From an uncultured Saprospiraceae bacterium (GTDB taxonomy: Bacteria; Bacteroidota; Bacteroidia; Chitinophagales; Saprospiraceae), in contig CALLAW010000022.1 in assembly GCA_938001865.1 (NCBI GenBank), positions 4,839 through 68,838 of the forward strand: 64,000 nucleotides of DNA, in the 5' to 3' direction. Below, piece by piece: positions 57,801 to 64,000 of the stretch. The notes beneath the pieces were generated by a model that was not told where the DNA came from, did no database searches, and was given only the letters and a program-made list of their open reading frames with translations. Numbering within the stretch: the stretch's first letter is position 1; every line of letters begins with the position of its first letter. The translations under genes were made by a program, and so were the position numbers.

Positions 57801-60800
57801 ATGAAGGTTGTATCTAGCGTACACCAGTTGCCATCTCTGATTGTCAAGGTGTACTCTCCAGCAGATAAATAACTATTTGTTAAACCATGAGAACCGTTAC
57901 TCCAAGTTATTTGATAGTCTTCTATTCCACCAACTATTTCAACAGTAATGCTTCCTTCTCTATTTGGCGTAATGATGTTGTCACTTTGGATCGTTGCAAA
58001 CACCTCGATCATTTCTGGTGATTTAACTTCTATTGATAATGTTTCGTTACAACCATAGTTGCTAATTACAGTTACTTCGTAGACTCCGCTGGCAAGATTT
58101 TCTCTTTTATTTTGGATTGACCCATCGTCCCAACTGATTGTATATTCATTGCTTAGTGATTCTATATCTAACTCTATTTCACCTTCAGTATCACCATAGC
58201 AAGGGTTATCTTGTGTCGTATATGTAATATTGAGGTAAGGGGCTGGGACATTGAGAGTTGCTACCTCTTCGCATCCCGTCTGATCTGTAACTGTTACACT
58301 ATAACTTCCTGGTGAGACTCCAGCTATCACGTCAACATCAGATGCTCCGTTACTCCAGAGTATTTGATATGGTTCATCTCCCGAATCATAGACAAGAGAT
58401 AATTGTGCAGTGATGGGGTCGTCACAATTGAGGCTATCAATCTGCAGCCTAGCTTTCGGTTGAGTGGAAATCTCAACGAAAAATTGTTCTATATATCTAC
58501 ATCCATTCCCATCTATGAGTTCTAATATGTGTGAGCCATGAGATAAGAAAGGACTCTGCAATTGGTCAGTAGATACTCCATCCCATATGATGTCATAAGA
58601 GTCAGCATCTTGCAAGTTTAATATCTCTGCGTAATACTCCGTAACACAACTTGCAGAGTGAATGTCTAATTCATATTCAGGTCTAGGTTGTTTTGGAATC
58701 TCATACTCCCAATTGAAAAAACAACCCCCAATCCATGCACTGACCAAATGGATTCCTGGTTCGCTATACACAGGACTCTGTACTCCTGTAAATGTGCCAT
58801 CCCAAATGAAGATAATGGGAATGTCAGAATCAAAAAAGTTGGTGGCGATTAGTGATTCATTGATTGTTGTATCCAGTTGAGCATAGTATTGACCACAATC
58901 ATTTTTTAAAACTTCTACATCTACATTCAGGATATCTTCTAATACAAGTACGGGTACATCAAACTCCTTAACTCTTGAGCAGCTGTCAGTAACAACTTCG
59001 ACAGTATGCAGTCCTGGAGTTAGAGGGTCACTCGTATTATTTCCCAATATTCCATCCCAATACACTTCATAGGGTTGATCTGCTTCTAAATCAATAAGTT
59101 TAGCGAAGTAACCTGGATTATTGCAAACTTTTGTTTGAATAAGTATATCAAAACTCAGAGGTTGTCTTAGCTCTATGTCAAACTCTTTGTAACAACCAGA
59201 GTCGTTGTATGCTGTCAAAGTAAAATCCCCTTCTGGTAAATTTGGTAAGCTGTCAATGAATATTTGATCGGCGACTGAGAATTGAATGTTTTCAACAGAG
59301 GCAGATGCCCACACTACTCCATCAGATTGGTTACAATTAGGATTTTGGGTTTCATATTCAATGTCAAAATACCTGAAATCATCTTGATAATCTAAAGAGA
59401 AAGTATGTTCTATGGCACAACCCCATTGATTAGAAAGGATAACTTTGTAATTACCAGGTTCTAAATTTTTAATTGTATCACTGACTATCTGATCATCCAA
59501 TCTGTAGATGGCAGTTGGGTCATTACTGCGGAGAATAATCATGCCATTATCTTCATAGCAAGTTGGATTGATGGCATATGAATCGTCGTGCACCCATTTG
59601 CATTCTATGCATTCTGTGTCGATTTCTTGAATCCCTTCTTGCCAGTACCACATCACATCCATCTCACCATCTAAGTCATAGTCTACAACATCAACTGTGC
59701 TGTCATCATTTTGATCAAATCCGTAAACGTTAATTCTATCAATACGTTCGCCTAGATAATGAATGATTACACCTGAGTTGACAGAGTAAATGAGTTCTTT
59801 TTTTCCATCACCGTTAACATCCTCAAACACCATATTTTCAGTAAATCCACTATACCCACCGTATAGAATATCATCCAGAACTTCTAAAGTTAATGGTGAT
59901 AATATTTCTAAGTGGTTTCCATTGAGATAAAGGATCTCATCTTTACCATCTCCATCCCAATCATCAACTACGACGTCATCATCACTCGAGCAGCAAGGAT
60001 CATAATAATTGATCAAGGCAAATTCATTTTGATAGTCATCTAAAACGATTAGCAACCCATCTGTTAAAACGATTTCTGGAGCAGGATCATCGTCAAGATT
60101 TTTTACTCTGATATGTTTAATGCTTAAAGGCCAACCTACTGGATTGAAATCATCTGCCTCTAATAATTGTTCGAATGTACTTCCATCCAAAATGAAAAAA
60201 TCACTGAACGAACTAAAAAGAAAATCCTTTATTCCATCTTCGTTAACATCAGTTACAGCGAAAACATCTCCTATTCCATAATCGACAGTCTTGTTTAATT
60301 CTACTGTTAAGGTCTTTCCATCTAATACGAGAAAATGTACCCGTTCATCATTAATGCTCGGATAAGTTCCTCCTACTAGTAAGATGTCTTTGTCTCCATC
60401 ATTATTATAGTCGTAGACTCGTACCGCTCTGCAGTCAGAAAAATTTTCATGAGGGATATATTGTTCAACTTGGTTTGTCTCTGGATCATAAATTTTCAAT
60501 ATTGATCTGACAGGATGGTTTCCATTAGAGACTGTGATAAATTCTACTTGACCATCTTCGTCAACATCTTCAAAGACAGAGGTGCTTGAGTCAATATGGT
60601 GGTTCGCATTAGGAATGATATACTCAATTGTTTGGGTGTCAAACTCATACATGAAATGGTCGATATCTCCCTTGCCGTACCAAAATTCTATTGATTCATC
60701 ATCATCAAAATTGCCCAAGGTCAATTGAAAACTAAATGCTGTATTTGAAGGAAAAGGAAATGGATTGTCTGTACTAGATTGTAACTCCCCTGTGAGTCCA

Positions 60801-61729
60801 TCATAGACTAAAATGATATTACTGGAGTGCTTAAATATTACTATTTCTATTAAATTATCATGATCTATGTCTGCAATTCCATAAGCATCTGTATACTCTA
60901 GTTCTATTTCGTAGTAAGCAGTTTCATTTCCAACATCATAGCACCGCAGTAATTCATCACTTGAAAGATAAATGAATTCATCTACTCCGTCTTGATTTAC
61001 ATCTACGGTTCGATTTTCATCCGAGAAGCCCATGAGAGGAGGAATATTATAGTCATTCTCAAATTCATTGTCTTCGTATTGATAGACATGTCCGTTTTCA
61101 AAAATGATTTCTATAAAATCATCATCATCAAAATTTCCAAAATATAAATCTCTACTTAGACTTTCTGAGTAGTTGAGCTCTGAATAATGAAGCAATTTGA
61201 AATCTAGAGTATAGACACTTAAGTTTTCTGTGCTTGCGATGATGATTTCTCTCAGTCCATCATTGTTAATATCAAAAAAGTAAATTTCAGAAACTCTTGT
61301 TAATTGGTCTAATTCACTAAAGCATTTTTTTGCTAGGAGTGTCTCGATATCTAATAAGATGATATCTGACTTGTCAGTTACCACTAAGTCATCCTGTCCG
61401 TCGCCATCATAATCGAAAATGACTGGCTGAGAAACCATATCATAAGCATCCGATGACTTGACTTCTTCCATTAAGGGATCGTTATGGAAGTCAACTGTAA
61501 ATACTACACTAGTTTGAATACTTGAATAACTGCGATTGATAATTTCATCATTTCCATCACCATCTATATCGTATAATATATGTTCTTGATCAAGTTGATA
61601 ATTAGTAGCAAGGTTCCAAAGCGGTTCACAAGCAATATTGCAATTACTAGTCTGAGAGTAAGATTGCATTGATACGATGCATAGACTCCAAAGAGCAAGA
61701 TATTTGATCAAGTTGAATTCTATTTTCAT
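51839..61729 (-). CDS. Giant secreted adhesin-like protein: two FG-GAP/VCBS beta-propeller regions, three SprB-repeat/Ig-like blocks and a T9SS C-terminal sorting domain
   Basis: 3296 aa with a signal peptide. There are many 'D(I/Y)DGDGxxE(I/L)' Ca-binding FG-GAP-type repeats and SprB-type units ('CYGDTEGEIELDI..', 'CYQDATGEIEIEIALGEPPYEF', 'GGVEPYTYLWSNG'). The C-terminus reads 'IFIYPNPTTQTIYLE...LYSLDGKMI...NGIYILVIE'. Confidence 0.85.
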   Translation of the reverse strand: MKIEFNLIKYLALWSLCIVSMQSYSQTSNCNIACEPLWNLATNYQLDQEHILYDIDGDGNDEIINRSYSSIQTSVVFTVDFHNDPLMEEVKSSDAYDMVSQPVIFDYDGDGQDDLVVTDKSDIILLDIETLLAKKCFSELDQLTRVSEIYFFDINNDGLREIIIASTENLSVYTLDFKLLHYSELNYSESLSRDLYFGNFDDDDFIEIIFENGHVYQYEDNEFENDYNIPPLMGFSDENRTVDVNQDGVDEFIYLSSDELLRCYDVGNETAYYEIELEYTDAYGIADIDHDNLIEIVIFKHSSNIILVYDGLTGELQSSTDNPFPFPSNTAFSFQLTLGNFDDDESIEFWYGKGDIDHFMYEFDTQTIEYIIPNANHHIDSSTSVFEDVDEDGQVEFITVSNGNHPVRSILKIYDPETNQVEQYIPHENFSDCRAVRVYDYNNDGDKDILLVGGTYPSINDERVHFLVLDGKTLTVELNKTVDYGIGDVFAVTDVNEDGIKDFLFSSFSDFFILDGSTFEQLLEADDFNPVGWPLSIKHIRVKNLDDDPAPEIVLTDGLLIVLDDYQNEFALINYYDPCCSSDDDVVVDDWDGDGKDEILYLNGNHLEILSPLTLEVLDDILYGGYSGFTENMVFEDVNGDGKKELIYSVNSGVIIHYLGERIDRINVYGFDQNDDSTVDVVDYDLDGEMDVMWYWQEGIQEIDTECIECKWVHDDSYAINPTCYEDNGMIILRSNDPTAIYRLDDQIVSDTIKNLEPGNYKVILSNQWGCAIEHTFSLDYQDDFRYFDIEYETQNPNCNQSDGVVWASASVENIQFSVADQIFIDSLPNLPEGDFTLTAYNDSGCYKEFDIELRQPLSFDILIQTKVCNNPGYFAKLIDLEADQPYEVYWDGILGNNTSDPLTPGLHTVEVVTDSCSRVKEFDVPVLVLEDILNVDVEVLKNDCGQYYAQLDTTINESLIATNFFDSDIPIIFIWDGTFTGVQSPVYSEPGIHLVSAWIGGCFFNWEYEIPKQPRPEYELDIHSASCVTEYYAEILNLQDADSYDIIWDGVSTDQLQSPFLSHGSHILELIDGNGCRYIEQFFVEISTQPKARLQIDSLNCDDPITAQLSLVYDSGDEPYQILWSNGASDVDVIAGVSPGSYSVTVTDQTGCEEVATLNVPAPYLNITYTTQDNPCYGDTEGEIELDIESLSNEYTISWDDGSIQNKRENLASGVYEVTVISNYGCNETLSIEVKSPEMIEVFATIQSDNIITPNREGSITVEIVGGIEDYQITWSNGSHGLTNSYLSAGEYTLTIRDGNWCTLDTTFIVEEIVVEEQNPECNEVCTPLWMDIPFTGNIGKKNNYIKYDYDQDGEDEYLTYETASTSSSFGAGRSFIYVFDYNVEKEEFEKIHSTDLISATFTDMARGDLDGDGKEELVFSSRDWTFIYDLSTLTQIDCFRHSWHGATPSIEMQIFDFDLDGQNEILMLNGNTFYVYDPIAHIIEFELEHDAGDFDIGNVDDDPNLEFVLSNGQVYEYDGENYILESDLELSRTDFIKLWDTDGDGKEEAIIEEQHDVFVYDLDTGNQKFEISLGSNIWIVNDLRLISLDDFSDKINIYNLSNGSRIKSMSIDTDPYFSSLYSLFLDDFDNDDQNEILASFNSTFNIGSLRLYNLSNGHTESSTERYSGPFDDIHLVDIDQDNSMEIISLTGEGFYFNENELKIKIYDAQSKILERTIDLTSDQYEITTASLDILDYQNDGDLDIVITQHQSSDLHVIIYDGTTGVPELEEVNQNGFSSMQSSQLYDIDEDGLLDVIVASSEHLSIYNLDNLSTKWTSYELVNNLSVQGIEVGNVDLDEASEIILCKGYIHFFDDHSHEYQLTQSQYDNYTATTIFDWDNDGINEIIGGTSNGNVHILTSDDMNIIDTIDVSNASILGMSGGDIDQDGVEELLITSLDSLFIHKPRSNTTVSHLYGVFVGRDEGLAHGDINGDGNHEVFIGTEYSLMEVDMTCFECDWVDFSPEYANPTCYEDNGWILAASADTTANFYLNGEEVTDTLKNLGTGEYLFTVTNALGCELEYEVSLEYPYDFEVEEFEVEWKDPICGSDGIIYTKTLNTSLLFMVDGVEFQDSMIGLNFGNHTLVAFNENGCYREVQVVLDEPVTLSYDLLISGCGPEDYKYIDLRLSHYYDHDPLIYWNDTIVESENFNAYIIPTEVGVGTLEARMDTCSIIEEIEITPIDPLSSLEFDLVYNDHIGCNQENTFVTLENYIGGPGPVHTYWNGVEGLGFNTIVEEGSHVVEVTDATGCKSVEYFEVTKDPIISYDFDIVYGGCQNPDENYAVISNIQNIGSIHTISWDGTIGTQTSPILGQGFHNFEITYDNNCSESFTFEVEPIPTLEANLIQTQHYCDEDNLASIEIEMLSGTAPYEYVWSNNVSSSNIAENLSWGNYQVTITDAENCQGIHSLYIQSRKVFIDAIPTDLLCYQDATGEIEIEIALGEPPYEFLLDGVESNQIINQLNAGDYEVIVIDNNGCTASQSVTISEPPPLTISASITHDSLVTSSLEGMISTTVTGGVEPYDYLWETESIESTISELEAGIYTLTLQDANDCQADTTFVVESIACDRVDLGVAYNHPSCNEDNGWIVLFSEDSTANIYLEGNVVTDTLQYLSPGNYQFSISNDQGCQMDSVITLEYQLVDLDQITIEIQDPICGNDGVISVTSLDPNLTFTLDGEELIESISGLDHGEYQLVVVNTDACSSQISLSLEEPVIPLIDILATGCGPEDHKYIELSLMNDLEHDPIILWNDTIIASNSLNQYLINTEIGIGILEIQLEECSISQSIEITPIDPLNTIQFDLTYDSIPCNATGTELIIENIENGSNSYQVFLDEVELFELTATVSEGLHTIEVMDTSGCLTTQQIEVFSEPLISYDFEIINGSCSNPEDNSAVVSNVENSGQNISISWDDMPGDLTSPSLGQGSHSLEIIYGDNCIETLEFFIDSKDSLEMIINQSNHYCDEINLAAVEIEVLNGTTPYDYDWSGNISESSIAENLIPGNYELTITDAENCQGVASFTITDSQLEAEFMTTDVLCSGDTTGMVTIETLTGEPPYIYQIDGIESDQVISNLQAGIYDVTVIDSIGCSITQSITIGEPNQLDIIAEITQDHSSTSSLDGSISVTITGGVEPYTYLWSNGDEDSLITDLPVGNYALTVEDSNGCLIDSTFTIDAISSISTLQKAEIFIYPNPTTQTIYLESTRRFDVDQLTLYSLDGKMIRNNFDKLVGSKKYTLNLDFIPNGIYILVIESKGIAQRHKIIILD
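52100..53930 (-). repeat. Intragenic ~610-aa SprB/Ig-like block, copy 3 (coordinates approximate)
   Basis: Starts 'IACDRVDLGVAYNHPSCNEDNGWIVLFSEDSTANIYLEGNVVTDTLQYL'. It is colinear with copy 2 over its whole length (e.g. 'GCGPEDHKYIELSL', 'IEITPIDPLNTIQFDL', 'TITDAENCQGV'). Confidence 0.65.
53930..55760 (-). repeat. Intragenic ~610-aa SprB/Ig-like block, copy 2 (coordinates approximate)
   Basis: Starts 'TCFECDWVDFSPEYANPTCYEDNGWILAASADTTANFYLNGEEVTDTLKNL'. It shares 'GCGPEDYKYIDLRL', 'IEITPIDPLSSLEFDL' and 'TITDAENCQGI' with copy 3. A more diverged copy 1 lies at ~57790-59630. Confidence 0.65.
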
Positions 61730-61811
61730 AAACGCTTCAAGTATACTTTACTAAAAGTAGTGATAAAATTAGAATCTTGATGTGTTGAAAAGGAAATTAT
61801 GGATCTCAGTA

Positions 61812-62588
61812 TTATGTTACATCATCCGTGCTCTTTACCAGCTCCACTAAATAGTGATCTCCATACCTCCCACCAATGCTCAAGATGGAGAACACTCTTG
61901 AGAACAATAACAGTACTGACTCCAACCAATGCCCTGACCAATAAGAGGGCACATAGCCAGTCGCTTTTAAGGTCTTGACTTCATACCCTTCAAAGATTTC
62001 TGTAACTTCATCAGGATTAAAAAAGTAAGTCTGCACTAATTGTCCATCAACATTGACTTGTGTTGGATTTTGACTTTGTCTGAGACGAAGAGATTGCCTA
62101 TCACCCTTGAACCTGCGATACCACTGCTCGATCAGAGTGTCTCGTGGCATGATGACCAAGATCAAGCTCCCACCATCAACTAGGTGACTCTGCGACCAAT
62201 TAGCGAATCGTCTGAGTTGGTTACTATCTAGACAATTCAATCCACCAAAGTTAGAGAAGATGAGATCAAACTGTTGGCTAAGATGAGGGAGAGTCGTGAG
62301 ATCGAGCTGCTGAGTCGTGACGTTGGGTAATGCCCGACATTTACCTTGAGTGACTGCAAGCATCTCAGTTGAGATATCTGTAGCTAAGACTTCGTGACCT
62401 AATTCTCCAAGGTACTTTGCATCTTCTCCAGTCCCACAGTTGAGTTCCAAGATTGACTGCTTGGAGTGACCTCTTGCTAAGATTCGGCCTAGTCTCTTCC
62501 AGACCACTTGACGCTGACCTCTGCCAATGGCGGTATTGGTGAATGTCTTGTCATATCCTATCGCTGCTCTATCAAAGTCTGCTGCCAT
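61812..62588 (-). CDS. Class I SAM-dependent methyltransferase
   Basis: 258 aa. SAM motif I 'ILELNCGTGEDAKYL' and the post-I acidic 'VLATDIS'. It lies 27 nt downstream of radical SAM paralogue C and 82 nt upstream of the giant adhesin gene, on the same strand. Confidence 0.8.
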   Translation of the reverse strand: MAADFDRAAIGYDKTFTNTAIGRGQRQVVWKRLGRILARGHSKQSILELNCGTGEDAKYLGELGHEVLATDISTEMLAVTQGKCRALPNVTTQQLDLTTLPHLSQQFDLIFSNFGGLNCLDSNQLRRFANWSQSHLVDGGSLILVIMPRDTLIEQWYRRFKGDRQSLRLRQSQNPTQVNVDGQLVQTYFFNPDEVTEIFEGYEVKTLKATGYVPSYWSGHWLESVLLLFSRVFSILSIGGRYGDHYLVELVKSTDDVT

Positions 62589-62615
62589 TGTGGGATCGAA
62601 GTGATTGTTTTTTTA

Positions 62616-64000
62616 TTACAAATGACCTTCTAGCTTACGCCTATTGAGAGCTGCAAGAGGTGTGTGGTAGATCATCCTTGCGATATCTTTGATCAATGAA
62701 TCTTGTCTTGATTTGAGTTTGCCCTTGAGTCTCAGGATACCTTTATTGATCCGATAGCGATTGTGAACGTACCGGTGCAGCACCTTGTAGAATGCTGGTG
62801 GATAAGTATTCTCAAACATCATATCCAAGTCATCAGAGTCTGTCCAGTTGGACTTCATCACCAGATCAGCCTTGACTTTGTCATAAAACTTGGTCCCAGG
62901 TAGAGGGTAGGAGACAGAGATCCCTATCTCATCTGGCATGAGGTCGAGTACCATATCGATCGTCTGTTGGACTTCTTCCCAAGTCTCGGTCAAGTAGCCA
63001 AATTGTAAAAAGAATGCTACCTTGACATCTCTCTCTTTGAGCTTACGTGTAGCAGTAGAGATTTGCTCGACTGTAGTCCCCTTATCCATGGCATCGAGTA
63101 TCCGCTGAGATCCACTCTCTGCTCCTAGCCAGATGGTATCAGCACCACTCTCCGCGAGAGCATCGAGATTGTCGTCCTTGAGCATCAGATCAGCTCGGGA
63201 CTGTATCTTGTATCGGAAGTCAAGTCCACGTTGATGTTTGAGTTGGTTGAACTCTTGTACCCAGCCTGGTTTGAGTCCAAAGATGTCATCACACATCCAG
63301 AAGTAATTGACGGCATAAGTCTGGATCAAATACTCTATCTCATTGATGACATCTTGTGGCGATCTTGTATTGTATCTGTTGCCGTAGATAGGCTTAGCAC
63401 ACCAGTTGCACTTATATGGACATCCACGTGTCGTAGCGATATTGAGAGCAAATGTTGAGTGCTTAGCTTCCCAAATTTTGCGATAAGTAGCAATGTCTAT
63501 ATCCTCCCTCTTGGGAAATGAAAGGTCATCTAGGTTTTTGCTGACTTGACGTTTTGCATTTTTGATGACACTCTGATGATTGATATAGCTGATGCCATTT
63601 ACATGAGTGATGTCTCCATGGTTATCTAGTGTGTGGATAAGCTCGACGAGAGCCATTTCTCCTTCGCCATGGATGACATAGTCTGCACCCTTGTCGTGAT
63701 ATGTCTGGAAGTGATCAGTCGAGTCAGAGCTATTGCAGATCACGATACATCCATGCTCTTTCGCTTTGTGGATGATGTCAAATGTTGCCTCTTGCATCCG
63801 AGTGAGACACATCTTAGTCAGGTAGTTGAATCCATCATCATAGAGGACTACGTATTTTGGCTTGACCGTCTCTATGGTGTCATAGATCTCAGAGTGGTGC
63901 TCGACGAGGTTGTTATCAAATACTGTGACCTGATGACCTACTTTGCGGAGCTCCGAAGCAGCATAGAGTGTCCCGAGTGGCGGATATGGCTGAGCGGTAT
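62616..64000 (-). CDS. B12-binding-domain radical SAM protein (paralogue C; 5' end outside the window)
   Basis: The frame stays open upstream of the first listed Met (63812) to the window edge. That stretch encodes '..AQPYPPLGTLYAASELRKVGHQVTVFDNNL', a B12-binding N-terminus matching 'KPYPPLGILYIAAYL' of paralogue B. The CX3CX2C cluster is 'RGCPYKCNWC', and 'IWLGAESGSQRILDAM' follows. Confidence 0.85.
   Translation of the reverse strand, partial: TAQPYPPLGTLYAASELRKVGHQVTVFDNNLVEHHSEIYDTIETVKPKYVVLYDDGFNYLTKMCLTRMQEATFDIIHKAKEHGCIVICNSSDSTDHFQTYHDKGADYVIHGEGEMALVELIHTLDNHGDITHVNGISYINHQSVIKNAKRQVSKNLDDLSFPKREDIDIATYRKIWEAKHSTFALNIATTRGCPYKCNWCAKPIYGNRYNTRSPQDVINEIEYLIQTYAVNYFWMCDDIFGLKPGWVQEFNQLKHQRGLDFRYKIQSRADLMLKDDNLDALAESGADTIWLGAESGSQRILDAMDKGTTVEQISTATRKLKERDVKVAFFLQFGYLTETWEEVQQTIDMVLDLMPDEIGISVSYPLPGTKFYDKVKADLVMKSNWTDSDDLDMMFENTYPPAFYKVLHRYVHNRYRINKGILRLKGKLKSRQDSLIKDIARMIYHTPLAALNRRKLEGHL

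Overview
The window looks like Bacteroidota chromosome. The evidence is many T9SS C-terminal sorting domains, a PorP/SprF gene, SprB-type repeats, a bactofilin-AtpZ gene pair and few Shine-Dalgarno sites. The left 19 kb is mostly housekeeping: a HEAT-cyclophilin lipoprotein, gcvT, a 2-oxoacid dehydrogenase E2, cinA, birA, rsfS and ftsH. From 19 to 27 kb there is an accessory stretch of secreted T9SS cargo (an ELWxxDGT-repeat protein, a metzincin protease and an Endonuclease-I nuclease). It includes a visibly AT-rich segment and what I read as a complete but ORF-less group II intron on the minus strand (about 24952-25730, with a textbook domain V). From 27 to 38 kb lie selO, an MFP-RND-TolC efflux operon, a DUF559 endonuclease-like gene sitting between two copies of a modular palindromic repeat, and uvrC. 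The right 26 kb (38-64 kb) is the most unusual part. It is a cell-surface modification island holding three paralogous B12-binding radical SAM enzymes, three SAM methyltransferases, two sulfotransferases, two GT-C-like membrane enzymes, a Wzx-like flippase, a Wzy_C-TPR protein and a secreted CXXCH protein. These surround a 3,296-aa FG-GAP/SprB-repeat T9SS adhesin. The island has no soluble glycosyltransferase, no sugar-nucleotide gene and no priming transferase. I found no rRNA, tRNA or CRISPR array. All family assignments come from motifs I read in the translations, and no database search was run.
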